DNA of 41,979 bases from contig JAVECO010000004.1 in NCBI GenBank assembly GCA_051942205.1, forward strand, positions 248,001-289,979, read 5' to 3'. The number at the start of each line of letters is the position of its first letter. The stretch's first letter is position 1. Below, piece after piece: positions 23,417-35,457 of this stretch. The translations under genes and the position numbers were made by a program. Origin of the DNA: Coniocarpon cinnabarinum (lineage: Eukaryota). Below the pieces are notes generated by a model. The model was given only the letters and a program-made list of their open reading frames with translations. It was not told where the DNA came from and searched no databases.

Positions 23417-26400
23417 ATGTCTTTCAGTACATCCCCAACATCTGGCCAGCGGCCGCCGCGGCCTGGTCGAAGATCGTCAACCAGGAAGTCAGAGCACTCG
23501 CGCCCGCAGTCGCCGAATTATCCAGCGCCTGCCCCTCCCATGCAAGACTTGCCTTCCGGTATTTCCCTGGCCCAAAGCAATGGTTGACTCGAAGCTTACC
23601 CGCTATCCTGCCATAGCTGTCGTTAGTCACGTCGATGCCAATGAGGGAACGCGTATGGCGACTGAAAGCGAGAGCGAAGCTCTCTATAGTCAAGGACAGT
23701 GGGTGGAGTGTCAGCCCACGAGCGAGCGTCTCTGATGGAAATCTAGACCTATAACGCCGAATGCATCCAGCTCTGAGCGCTGTGAATCTTGTGAGCAAGA
23801 GGAGTCAACGGATCGAAAGATTTGGCATTGTGTCTCTTGCTCTGGCTGTGCTATTTGCGATGACTGCTGTTAGTTGTTTCCTACGCCAAGACGGGTGTCT
23901 TTGGCCTCTCGAGACTAATTAGCGATCCAAGGGTACAAACAGATTGCACACAAACCAGGTAAACGCTCCTGTGACAAGGAAAAATGTTCGTTGGACACTT
24001 AAAATGTATAGGAAGAGTTGGTGACGACGGACTGCCCCACGAGAAAGCAGACCTTGCAGTGCTCAGTCGCCTTCGGACAACTTTGAACCCGAAGTCGACA
24101 CAGGAGCAACGCACCAATCAGCACAGGTATGTTCACACACCGAAGTATCATCTTGCGACTTGTAATGTTGCTCATGTTGACCTCTATGGTTCTAGGCAAG
24201 ACGAGGACACGACTTGGTTCGGCGTGTCACGCGACGATGCAGGCAATCCGACGCTCATGGACTTTGGCCGTTTCTCTACCATTTTGGCTGATAGTCAAAC
24301 CTTTGAAGGTGGTCATCGGTTTGTTCGATCCCACGATCATCACATCGTGACTGTGCTAATGTGATGCCACAAGTTATCCACAACTGGTCTCCTTTATCGG
24401 GCAGACAGGTGCCGGCAAGAGCACGCTCGTCAGGATGCTGATTGAGCAGCAAGAGAACGAGCGCGCTCGTCGTCCGCAAGAGCAAAAGCAGTTTCCTTAT
24501 CCAGTTGTGGGACATGTTGCAGATGAACACACTCCCACGAGTGGTGACGTGCATCTATACGCTGATCCTGGAACTTACTTTGGCCATTCTCCTATGCTTT
24601 ATGCTGACTGTGAAGGCTTGCAAGGGGGTGAGAAGAATCCGGTCGGTGCAATGTTCAAAGAAAACGAGAAGAAGGAGAAAACTGAAAGTAAAAGCTGGCT
24701 TGATCATCGATCCAACCATGACCTTTCGAATGAGGCAGGTCGTCGAGCCTCTAAAGCAACTGAAGAACCGCATAAGCGCAATAGACTGCGGCGCTCAAAG
24801 CGGAACGACTCCCGCCGCCTTGAATGGGCCGTGAATGATGAGACTCGCAAGCGAGGGTACGCCGTGGCCGAACTGTATCCGCGATTACTCTACACGTTTA
24901 GCGATTGCGTTGTATTCGTCATACGCAATGTGAGGTATGTTCTTAGGAGCACACGACGTCACTCGTAACTATTCATGGACTAAAGATTCATTACAGAGCT
25001 TTTGAGGCGACGCTGTTAGAGAAGATAGTGGACTGGTAAGTACTTCCTCTGAGAAGGTATACGATCCCAATGAATTGCAAGGCCTGACCTTTGTTCGTAG
25101 GGCACACGCATCGCTGGAGAAGTCCGTGAACCAGCCAGCCTTGCCACACGCTGTCATTGTCCTCAATGCCACCGACATTCGCGTTCCACCTGACGAATGG
25201 GATCCGGCCTTCGCTACGGATAGGCTGATGGGAAGTGTTGCTGCTTCCATTGATCAAGTGCCGAAGTTTCATCATTTGGCTTCCTTCTGGCGACAACGTG
25301 GCCACGATGTAAACACAATCCAAGATCTGCTGCTTCGGTACTATGCCTCTGTGCAAGTGGTCAGAGTTCCGGCGCAGGGACGATACATGTTACTCAACGA
25401 ACAAATTTTCAAATTACATGGCACGATCATCACATGCTGCAACAAATCTTATGAGACCAAACGGCGCGCTCGGATGCTATCAACTACAGATGAGCTCAAC
25501 AATTACTTGCAAGCAGCCTTCGATCACTTCAGTACACACCTGGACCAGCCGTTCAACTTCGTTGAAGCAGCATTACGAGCAAATCCGATTCCTTTTGATT
25601 TTGGAGGGAACATCTTGAACCTGGTCCGTTCCCTCCATAACTTCTACCCACAGAAGGATGGACCTTGGCTATTCAAATCAATCAGCTCGCTCGTTGCATC
25701 ATGTATTATGCTGGACACTGTGCGAAGAAGACTCAGAGGTTCGCCTAATCTTTACTCTCTTGCTCTTCACTTCAGAGACTCATACTGCATCTAGGCACGC
25801 TCGAACAACTCCTCGAGGATGAGTATTACAATTTCTGCGACTTGGCATTAGATGACTTTTGCGAGCTTTTTTGGTGAGCAAAAGAGAGACGCAAAGCCGC
25901 CCGATCGGTATTGAAACTAACAGGTGGTTGTCAGGCCCTGCTCATACGTCAATAAAGGTGAAGTTTGCGTGAACAAGCGTAACACTCATGAGCACAAAGG
26001 TCATCAGAACGACAAGGGGCGAATTATTGGAAACGGTCCCTTCGAGTCCACCTTTACCTATGAAGGCTTTATCAATGAGTGGCTACAGATCATCAAAACC
26101 GACGTGATGGAAGTGCAACATAGTATTGACGACAAGTTTGCCGCAGATGAAGGCATGTCCGAAGAACGAATCGTCACCAATGACCACCTTACCCGCGTTA
26201 CTCGCTTTTACAGAACTTGTGGCGGGGCTTCGAGATACCTTAGCAACACGATCTGCCTCTGTTGCTTCAGAGAAGTACCTAAACATCCACTGCAATGTGG
26301 TCATGTGCTTTGCGAGTCTTGTATCAATGCCTACGCTGTAGAGCAACGGCCAACATTTGTGAAGATTGAAAATTGCCCACTGCATCCACCAGAGACACGT

Positions 26401-29016
26401 TGGCAAGCGCCTTGGATCATTGCGCGAAAACCACCACTGGCAGGAGTGCGCGTACTCTGCCTAGATGGGTAACTAAGTCTTGAACCAGGCCCCTAGAGAA
26501 TGCGCTGACTTGTTTATAGCGGCGGCATGCGTGGCATCGTGGAGCTTGAGGTGCTTCGGATGTTACAACACACCCTTGGGGATCGCATCCCCATTCAAGA
26601 ATTTTTTGACTTGATTGTGGGAACCAGGTGAGTACTCAATTGCCCCACGAACCTCAATCGGACATTTAGTTAACTCGTTTCTGAAGCACGGGAGGCATCA
26701 TTGCTCTCGGTCTAGGCGCAGAGCGCTGGTCGATCTCAGAATGCATTGAGAGCTTCCTATTCCTATGCGGAAAGGCGTTCACAGAGCACAAGACCAAAAG
26801 CTTAGCGTTATTGCAGTAAGCTGATACCATCAACTAGCTACTAAAAGACGTCTACTGATAAGATCTCGTTAGTCATGGGGGACGTTATCGAACAACTGCA
26901 CTGACAGAGGCTCTGCAAGAAAAGTTTGACGCGGCGAAGTATCTCTTCGGTGGCAAATCAAAGACCAATTCTTATACGAACAAAGTCGCTGTCACTGCCA
27001 CTACAGAAACATGGTAAGCCTGCACCACAAGCTGCGGTCGTTGCAGGGACTGAACGCAGTTTAGGGATGAGGCGGTCGTATTTGCCAACTACAACCGAGA
27101 ACACGGCAGTGATCAGACGTATCGATTTGAACGACCGGAGCATCCTGAAGGCGAGTTGCGACTGTGGGAAGTTGCACGAGCAACGTCGGCAGCACCTACG
27201 TACTTTAAGCCCTTTGTCAACGTGAGAACACGACAAGGATACCTGGATGGCGCAATCTATCACAACAATCCAGTCGAAGTCGCGAACGATGAGCGGAAAT
27301 TGATATGGCGGGAAGATGCGAATTTCCATCCGGACCTTTTGTTCTCCATTGGCACTGGTCACCACGGCGAAGCAAAAGGTCCTTTTGACAATACTGGGTA
27401 AGTCTATCGAGTGCAATTTCCTTGTGCTGCCGCTCCGCTCCTAACAGAGCCCTCCTGAGCTGTAACATGACTCCGGCCTTTCTGCTGTGACTGAAAACAC
27501 TCATTGTTTATTGTGTATTTACTGTTGGCTATGTCTGCCAAATGGTCACCAGATATAGAGCGATACATGCTGTCATTTGTGAGCTAACACTTAAAAACTA
27601 GGAAAGCTCCTCATCGACGACGAACGCGAGCTTATCGAGACTCAGAAACACTACCCAAGCCAGAGGATCGCACCAAAGGGCCACGATCCTGGTCGAAGAT
27701 TCCCAAACTTGGATCAGTGCTGAGTGGAATGCGCAACAGACTCGACAATGTGATGAGCGCAGAGGAGACTTGGCATCGATTCTTGAAAGCCACTGTGCCA
27801 GATCCGTGAGCCATCAGCGTCGCCTTCCATGTTGTCCATATGACCCTCGCTGACCACCTGCCTACAGCTATAGCAGTGACAGACAACGATATCAGCGAAT
27901 CAACCCAGACCTTGGATTTCCTGTGCCACGTTTGGACGCTAAGGATAGGATCGCCGATGTCCAAAAAGCAGTGCAAGCTCGCATGCAGCAAGACATCAAC
28001 AGTCTCAAGAGCAAGGTGCGGAGCACTGCGCACCGTCTCATCGCAAGCTCCTTCTATTTGCACATAAAAAATTCGCTGACTAGCGAGGTCGGTCATCATC
28101 TAGAGGCTATCGTCTGTTGCCGCTTTGCCGACGACAGCGAGGAGCTCAGGCGGCTAGGCGAACTACTGATGTCAGGTCAAACTCAGCGCTTCCAACCACA
28201 TTTCCTGTACGAGTCTGAGCAAGACGCTAGACCAGTGAAAACCCCCATTTCGGGAGAAATCATCCAAACGTGAGCTGTTTTGATATTCCTATTGCAGCCC
28301 TTGTCTTGCTGACGGTCCACAGTATGATCACCCGATCTACATTCCAAGGGCCTCGAATGATCTTCAACATTACCAAACCATCGACGCCGTCGATCATTCT
28401 TGTGCAGCTTACCGAACAGGGTGAGCAGCATCCAATTAGTGGTTTTCCTAGAGCTCTCGTCGAGGAAGAGACCCTCAAAACCACACGCAGCAGTGATAAT
28501 TGGGACGCTCGAGAGGCTAACCCCAGACTTGCACGGGCCGAGAAGCGACGCACACGATTGTTTCGATCGAATGACTCGACCGAAGGAGTCACCTCACCTC
28601 GTACGGGTCTAACTGCACGTCCTGGACCTCACCCAGTGTCTGAAGACGGTCGCTCCGTTCATTCGGCACCAGAACCTGCCACGAACACGTCGCCATCCCC
28701 TCCACCCCGGCTGTCATCTCCGCAGAGCGCCTCAATCTCTGAGCTTGTCACTCCAAATATACCTAGCGCGCCCGCTTATACGCCAGAGAGGAGGGGTCCG
28801 CCGGTTGACTATGGAGAAACGGCACAGATGCAGCTGGCGATGGCGCTGAGCCGCCGCGATGGCTGGCAGGGACGTAGCCAAGAGGAGCAGGATGAGGCGT
28901 ATAATCGTGCTGTTGAGGAGTCCCTGCGGCATAAGCAGATGACGGACACGATCGCTGAATCTATTGAAGCGGAAGAGTTGAGGGAAATGATGGAGCGGTC
29001 CAAGATCGACCAGTGA
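23417..29016 (+). CDS. Multidomain patatin-like phospholipase with N-terminal Zn finger, P-loop GTPase-like domain, RING-like finger and C-terminal UIM-like helices; about 18 exons
   Basis: Hand splicing at GT-AG sites gives one frame: CESC...WHCVSC...CDDCW...H...LPHEK; LVSFIGQTGAGKST (24399-24422); LYADCEG; CLCC...CGHVLCESC...CPLH (~26253-26386); VLCLDGGGMRG, DLIVGTSTGG, ARATSAAPTYF, YLDGAIYHNNP. The first two exons are least certain. Confidence 0.88.
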
Positions 29017-29359
29017 CTTTCTTAATCGACGGAACCACAAAGTGCTTTGTGGGTGGTGTTTGCCGCAGTGTTGGGAGGGGGCTAGGTGTGTTGATTTGCA
29101 CCCCTGTTATCTACTATTTGTGGTAAATGCCAATAAGCATTTAGTTTACTAATAGCCGTTATTGCTCGTCCCAGAGGAACATGAATCTAGCTGCAATGGG
29201 CATGTATAATGACACCACGATGTAACTTCGCAGTTGCAGTTCTAGCTCCAACCTATTGTACTAGCCTTAAAGATCGTCCTGTAAGCTCTCTGGTCGCGCC
29301 ATCATTTACAATTACAATTTCACAGCTACAGCGACGGGAAGTGAGTCAATCGTCCCAAG

Positions 29360-30327
29360 ATGCCGCATGACTATGCCCTCAGCAGAGATGCTGCCGAATC
29401 ACAAAGGTAATGGATCTCGAAACCGCAAACATGCCTTTATCACTTACAACGATACTACTACAGACTAAACCAGCAGCACGAACTCTGGTCCGAGTCCGTC
29501 AACACAACTACCTCTCCTATCATGCATTGCAACTAACAGAAAACAGCACCCTAGGCTACCTCATCCACCCCAACATCGAGCGCACTCTTCCATCAACCCC
29601 CCAAATCATCGACATCGGCACCGGCACCGCCGCCTGGAGCATTTCCGTGGCCAGCTCAAAGCCCGCCTCCAAAATCACAAGCGTCGACATCTCGGACGCG
29701 CAGTTCCCTGCGCGCTCCTCCCTCCCATCCAACATCATCCTCAAGCTCCACGACATGCGCCAGCCCTTTCCGTCTGAAATGCGCGGCCGCTTTGATCTAG
29801 CGCATGTACGACTACTACTGGCCGCATTGCCCGACCAAGCAGCGTACACGGCTGCCGCGAGAAACATCGCAACGCTACTCAAGCCGGGCGGCTGGCTCCA
29901 ATGGAGCGAAGGCGATTTCCCGAGCTGTGAACGACCGGTTCGCTCGGGTGCGGTGGGCACTCAAAGCACGACTGCGTTGCGGCGGGGTTTCCGCATGCCG
30001 AGGGACATGCTTCCGCTGGAGGGGTCGCAGCAGGTGCCTGAGAAGATGATGAGAGCGTTTGCGGATGCGGAGATGTCGGAACTAGACTTGGATACGGTGG
30101 CGTCGGATCGGCTGGGGGAGAGGGGGAGGAAGGGGTGTAGTATGGTGCAAGTTCGGGTTTTGGAGTCGATGATGCGGATGTATCGGGGTAGTAGAGGACA
30201 GGTGCCGCCGTTGGGAGAAAGTGTGGAGGATGATGAGAGGTTGATTGGGGAGATTGTGAGGGAAGTTGAGGCGGGTGCTTATGCGGTTTTCTTCTTGTGT
30301 TGTGTAACGGGAAGGAAACAAGGTTGA
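29360..30327 (+). CDS. Class I SAM-dependent methyltransferase (LaeA-like/UMTA type); exons 29360-29406, 29464-29493, 29547-30327
   Basis: MPHDYALSRDAAESQ-RLNQQHELWS-DTLGYLIHP after splicing; IDIGTGTAAW, VDIS, FDLAHVRLL, LLKPGGWLQWSE. Confidence 0.88.
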
Positions 30328-30554
30328 TTGAAGGTGGAGCGTCTTTTCTTAGCTCTCGCTGAGTCTGTTTCACTTTTCCGGCTCTGACTCTATCGTTTAA
30401 TTACAAGCACTTGAGCCATCTAGCCGTCGAGAGAAGTCGGTTTGAGTTCATTGTGCTTGGCAGGAGTGACTTTGGGGATTGCATTTGCCACCCTGCTGAC
30501 ATGCTCCGTCATTGATACAAGCACGTGACCCATGCCAAACTCACCTCAATCATC

Positions 30555-32314
30555 ATGAAAAGACGAATCACATATGTGACGAAGGACGAGGAAGATGTCA
30601 AAGCAGCTACTGTCGATGCTGGAAGCGAGAATGTGCAAGTACATGTCAAAGCGGCGAAAGAGGATAAACTTATTACCAGCTTGGATGAGCTAGTAAGAGG
30701 CAATGCCACAGCAGCTCAGGAGGTCCGAGCCACCTTGTGTTGTGCTGCTATGAGTTCAGACGGCTTGAGCAGCCCCTTCTCGATTGTATGGATTACTGAC
30801 GCTGCTTAGCTGTCGTCTGTTCTGAAACATACGCAAGAGCTGTTTATACGATGGACCTCTCCTCACACGTGCGAGCAGGTCTCGCCATTCTACGCAAGAT
30901 ACACACCTGGATTGCACGTCTTTTGGACGCCAGCGGAAGGATTGAACGTGTCGAATAGCACCGCGTAAGTCTAGAGCCTTGCAGGGTACACCAAACACTT
31001 TAAGCTGAAAGTAGGACAGCGAAATATGCGTGACGCTGAAGAAATACTTTGGGCAGGAATTGAAGTGCGACTCGACAGTATAAAACTTCCCGCTATCTGA
31101 TGGACTATGTCAAGAGGCTAATTATGCTCGAGGATACGTTTACGAGCCCGCTATCTACTGAGCCACGTTTTGCCACCCCAAGTCGCCTCCAATACTATTT
31201 TCCCCTCAGCTCTCTCAACCACTTGACAACTCACCACCACTCGCTTCTGCCCGTTAACATCTCATCTGCTTGCACCCTCACGCTCACTTACGATGCCCTC
31301 ATCGGCTCATTAGGCATCTCGTCCTACGTCGCTCCTCTTGACCAGGTTGACACACTCCCCAGCCGCTCCACATACGGAGGCAATGCACCTCAACTCGAGC
31401 TCGGCATCCTCACTCAAACAACTAATCCTGTTTCATCATCCCACGAGCTCACTTTGTCCGGTCTTCTTGCCACACCCCCCAATACGCCCAAAGAGACATA
31501 CTTTACCTTTCCTTCGCGCCATCACACCGTTTCTGAGACATTCATCATCAGCTTCGATCAATCCACAGGTTTGCATCCGCTCCTGCGTCTTCAGTTTCCA
31601 ACACCGCCACAACCTCCACTCGACGGCTGTGAACTCAGAACCCTCCTTGCACTTCCCTCAGCCCTATTTATCGACCGCTACGCCTTCCGCGACGCTCTTT
31701 TCCTCTCCTCTCACAACCTCACATCTCTACGTGCCATCACGGGTGCCACCGATCTTGAAGCACCAGAGTGGCTCGTGCCTCAATGGGGCTCTTCGGCGCT
31801 TTTTGAACTCGAATCAGGGACTGAAGGCGCGACGGTGCCCTTGCATACCCGCTATTTACGACCGGTGGAGGGAGGATATCGGAGTGTGGAAATGGGGGTT
31901 CCGGATGTGTTTTGGGCGTGTCATGCAGAAGAAGGGGGACGATTTGGAGTGAACCCTTTTGATGTGTTGGGGTGGGAAGGGGGACTGGGTGATCGGGTGG
32001 GGTTGTGGCATCTGATGCCTACGAGCTCAAGCATTCTTCACGGAGCAGGCAGTGATAAGCGAAGAGAAGTGAGTCAGGGCAGTGGAGTGGGGAGTACGGG
32101 TGCAAAGGATGCAAGAGACTTGATACTTAGTGTGAGCGTGCCAGTGTTGGATACAAGTGCGGTAACAGCGCCTTGGATCGAGAGCGTGACGATGGGAGTC
32201 GTGATGGCGGGATTCTTTTGGATTGTGTGGAAGTTGACGAGGCCGTTGAATGGTCCCGAAAGACAGTCGGGAAGTAGAGAAGAGACCAGTCGGAAAGGGG
32301 CAAAGGAGCTGTAG
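30555..32314 (+). CDS. PBN1: PBN1/PIG-X, GPI mannosyltransferase I subunit; about 4 exons (30555-30722, 30810-30964, ~31020-31077, 31133-32314)
   Basis: MKRRITYV start, ELFIRW...RYTPGLHVF, TGLHPLLRL, LPSALFIDRY, DLEAPEWLVPQWGSSAL, VPLHTRYLRP, VFWAC, C-terminal TM helix followed by a ...KGAKEL tail. Confidence 0.85.
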
Positions 32315-33105
32315 AGGGACAGTAATCGCATGTGGTGCCTCGGTCTCTTTGTCCATAGGGCAATCTCTGGAGGCGAGTCTATACATCATCCCGAACATAT
32401 GGGAAGCGTATCGCTACTATTCGGTCTTGGGTTTGAAGAAGAAAAGGTCCCATTGCACGTGGAAATCCAGGCGTATGACCACTTTCGGCATGTGTTAATA
32501 TGCTCGGTCTGTTGGCTGTCTGCCTGGTGACGCCGTGTGACATGATGAATTTTGCAGTCTTGTGAGACGCTTGGACGTCCCTTGTCGTCTTGCAAGTGCC
32601 GTGGGATGCACGCACACCGGATGTATTGATAAAACATATTGATGTTGTGTGTGCACAGCAATGATGGAGTGAAAAGCGTGGAGATGACGTCACTGATTGT
32701 GAGCCTGGAGAACGAGGCAAACAGGTCCACGTCAACAGAGTTAGCGTGCACGGACGCCCAAGGCGGGAGAGCAGGGTGGGACTAAAATGACAGCACATCG
32801 GCCGGGCCTGGCACCTTGTCACCTTGTTTGTATCTCTGTACCTTCTTAACACACCACCAGCACCAGCACCAGCATTATCGGCGTACCTCTGTAACGCTCA
32901 CATTTCGCCATTTCCGCGTGCTCTCGCTCCCCTGCGCGCCGTGACGTGCGTCTGCCTCCCTTTTCGATCGATCCCTGCCTCTCGCCGCACACATGTCCAC
33001 CCTCCACTGACCTGCTCCCTCTCGTCGCACAAAAGCGCTTCACGCTGCTAAATGTCGGCCCACGCGTAACCCCAGCCTGTTCCGCCAACTCCCCTCTCCG
33101 CCCGC

Positions 33106-35457
33106 ATGGACTACTACGCCGAGCTCGAGCTCAGTCCGGATGCGTCGGTCGACGACATCAAGCGTCAGTACCGCAAGCTCGCCCTCCAGTACCATCCGGA
33201 CCGCCATCCGGGCAAAGAGGCAGAGGTCGTACCACGCTTCCAGGCCATCGGTCAGGCTCATGAGGTCCTGCTGGATCCCGAGCAACGGCGCAAATATGAC
33301 CTGACCAGGCAACGTCCCAATCAGCAGGGCTCTTTTCCTCGTCAAGCCAACACCTCCCGACGACAACAGAACCCACCGCCCTTCACCTCCACCACCAACT
33401 TCGATCCTCCGCCCCGCCGCAACGACCCTCGTTACTCCTCTCAGTCTCAACCACGTCCCGACTCAGACCGGTTCAACGCGCCCCCTCCGCAGCCGAATGG
33501 GACAGCAGGGGCGACTGCCGGCAGTGCAGGCGCCTCTCGTTACACCAATTGGTCGACGCAAGGGCCGCCGCCACCTCCTCGAGCGGCCAACACTAGCTCT
33601 AAAGCCGACGCCAAGCAGCGCGCGAACGTGTTCAACACCTGGCAGAACATGCGATACGCAAACAAGGCGCAGGCTCCGTATCCTCATCCGCCCCAGCAAG
33701 AGCCGCCTCGGCCACCTCCAAGACAACCACAACAAGAGGGACCTCATCGTCCACAAGGCCCTCAACGCGGCCGCGCAGAGAGCATACCTCCGGCATCAGG
33801 TCCCTTTGGACGTGACAACAGGCCCAGCAGTAGTGGTGATCGAGCTAATGCCAATGCAAATACAAATGCAAATGCAAATGCTCGTGGGAAGCCAGGGTTT
33901 AGAGTGCCGCCGCCATATGGGGGCTTCAACCAAGGCCCAGCGTCTCCGCAGGATGCGCGCACACCAGGCACAGCAGGCGTACCTCCGACGACACCTGGAG
34001 GTATGCAGCAGCCTCCGCGGTCAGCTAATGCTGCAAATTTCCCACCTCCGCCTTTCTTTAAGCAAGGACCCCCACAACCACCGAATCCAGGTGGGCTAGA
34101 TCCGAATAGTGCTCGTCGTGGCTATCAGCAACCAGATGGCAGTGGGCCTAGTGGAGGGTTTGGCAGTAGTGAAGACGGTGGCAAAGACTACAGACACTCC
34201 ACACCCTACACGCAACACATTAACGAAAAGGTTTACGTTGACAGGGAGGATCTAAGGCGAAGTGCGAGTACGCGAGATGCCAATCGCTTTCCTCAACCAG
34301 AACCTCAGAAAAGACAGCAAGAATCATGGCATAAAAGAGCACAGAGTGCAGGTCGTTCGCCGGATTCCACCAGCCCACGAAGTCGGCCGCCTTCGAGCTA
34401 CGGATTTGATGACTCTGATGTCGACAGTACCGCGTCAGGTGTGGCAGGTATGGGCTTGAATGGGAACGCCAATGGGATGCGGTCCCCGCCTTACTACAAG
34501 CAAGCGGGACAAAAACCACATGCACGCTCTCCACTGTTCCCAACTACGCCGCAAGAACCGCAGCAGTCTCCGCATCATTCTTCGCATCCGCAGCAGAAGC
34601 CTGGTCCTCAGCCTGGTCCCCAGCCTGGTCCTCAACCACAGCCGCAACCGCAGCCCTCCCAGCAACAAGGCCAGTCTCAACCCCCGCCACAGCCGCAACC
34701 TCAAACACAGCAGCATGGCAAGGAAGAATCTCCGCCTCCAGACGCCATGGATGTGGACGAGCCATCGGAAGGCTTACATGATATGCAAGATATGTCGTCC
34801 AACCTTCCACGGCCAAGCAATCAACCTCAGCAGGACGGACCGCGAAGCAAATCATTCGAGGGACTGAATAGCATGGGCGACATGGCAACTGACCTGCCGA
34901 AGTCCGAACAGTCTTCGAGCACGTCTTCAAGCGACACTTCATCCTCGGATCAGGAACAACCCGCACAACCGAACCAAGCTCAAACCCAGACTCAAACCCA
35001 GCCAAACAACCAATCTCAGCAAAACACTCAATCGATACCCGTCAGCCACGGTCCTGCCACGCCGTCATTACAACCTCCAAAAGCACCACAGACACCTCAC
35101 CATCTGACCCCCAGCACCTGGTCCTCCTACCTCACCGCCCTATCCCAATACATGAACCAGTACGCGACCTTCAACTCTCGCATGGTGGCCTATTTTCAAG
35201 AGAGCGCCAGTAGAATCGAGAAGCGTTTAGAAGGACCAGCTGGCGGGATGGTGGATGGATGGCTCGGCGCAGTGGGCTCGACGGGTCATCTGGGCGAGTG
35301 GGAACAGTACTGTGAGAGTTTGCGAGAGGACGAGAAGATGCGGTTGCATTGGAATATTGCGCGTGAGCGGCATGCGGAGGCTTGTGAGCGGCATACTCGC
35401 GTTAGGCAGAGGGTGGTGGCGGGGGAGCTGGGTGGTGGAGGAGATGGAGGTCGATAA
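33106..35457 (+). CDS. J-domain (DnaJ class C) protein with a long Pro/Gln-rich disordered region
   Basis: MDYYAELEL...IKRQYRKLALQYHPDR...FQAIGQAHEVLLDPEQRRKYD with intact HPD; helical C-terminus; 783-aa single ORF. Confidence 0.9.
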   Translation: MDYYAELELSPDASVDDIKRQYRKLALQYHPDRHPGKEAEVVPRFQAIGQAHEVLLDPEQRRKYDLTRQRPNQQGSFPRQANTSRRQQNPPPFTSTTNFDPPPRRNDPRYSSQSQPRPDSDRFNAPPPQPNGTAGATAGSAGASRYTNWSTQGPPPPPRAANTSSKADAKQRANVFNTWQNMRYANKAQAPYPHPPQQEPPRPPPRQPQQEGPHRPQGPQRGRAESIPPASGPFGRDNRPSSSGDRANANANTNANANARGKPGFRVPPPYGGFNQGPASPQDARTPGTAGVPPTTPGGMQQPPRSANAANFPPPPFFKQGPPQPPNPGGLDPNSARRGYQQPDGSGPSGGFGSSEDGGKDYRHSTPYTQHINEKVYVDREDLRRSASTRDANRFPQPEPQKRQQESWHKRAQSAGRSPDSTSPRSRPPSSYGFDDSDVDSTASGVAGMGLNGNANGMRSPPYYKQAGQKPHARSPLFPTTPQEPQQSPHHSSHPQQKPGPQPGPQPGPQPQPQPQPSQQQGQSQPPPQPQPQTQQHGKEESPPPDAMDVDEPSEGLHDMQDMSSNLPRPSNQPQQDGPRSKSFEGLNSMGDMATDLPKSEQSSSTSSSDTSSSDQEQPAQPNQAQTQTQTQPNNQSQQNTQSIPVSHGPATPSLQPPKAPQTPHHLTPSTWSSYLTALSQYMNQYATFNSRMVAYFQESASRIEKRLEGPAGGMVDGWLGAVGSTGHLGEWEQYCESLREDEKMRLHWNIARERHAEACERHTRVRQRVVAGELGGGGDGGR
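33844..33882 (+). repeat. Coding hexamer repeat (GCAAAT-like) encoding ANANANTNANANA
   Basis: GCTAATGCCAATGCAAATACAAATGCAAATGCAAATGCT. Confidence 0.8.
34600..34656 (+). repeat. Coding tandem repeat, (PGPQ)x3 followed by PQ repeats
   Basis: CCTGGTCCTCAG CCTGGTCCCCAG CCTGGTCCTCAA then CCACAGCCGCAACCGCAG. Confidence 0.8.

Noticed and set aside
7556..29016. Apparent ubiquitin-themed cluster (PARP-E2, Rad7, RING/UIM patatin)
   Set aside because: Genes are interspersed with unrelated housekeeping genes; no evidence of co-regulation
20552..30327. Secondary-metabolite cluster suggested by the dehydrogenase and methyltransferase
   Set aside because: No PKS, NRPS, terpene synthase, transporter or cluster transcription factor in the window
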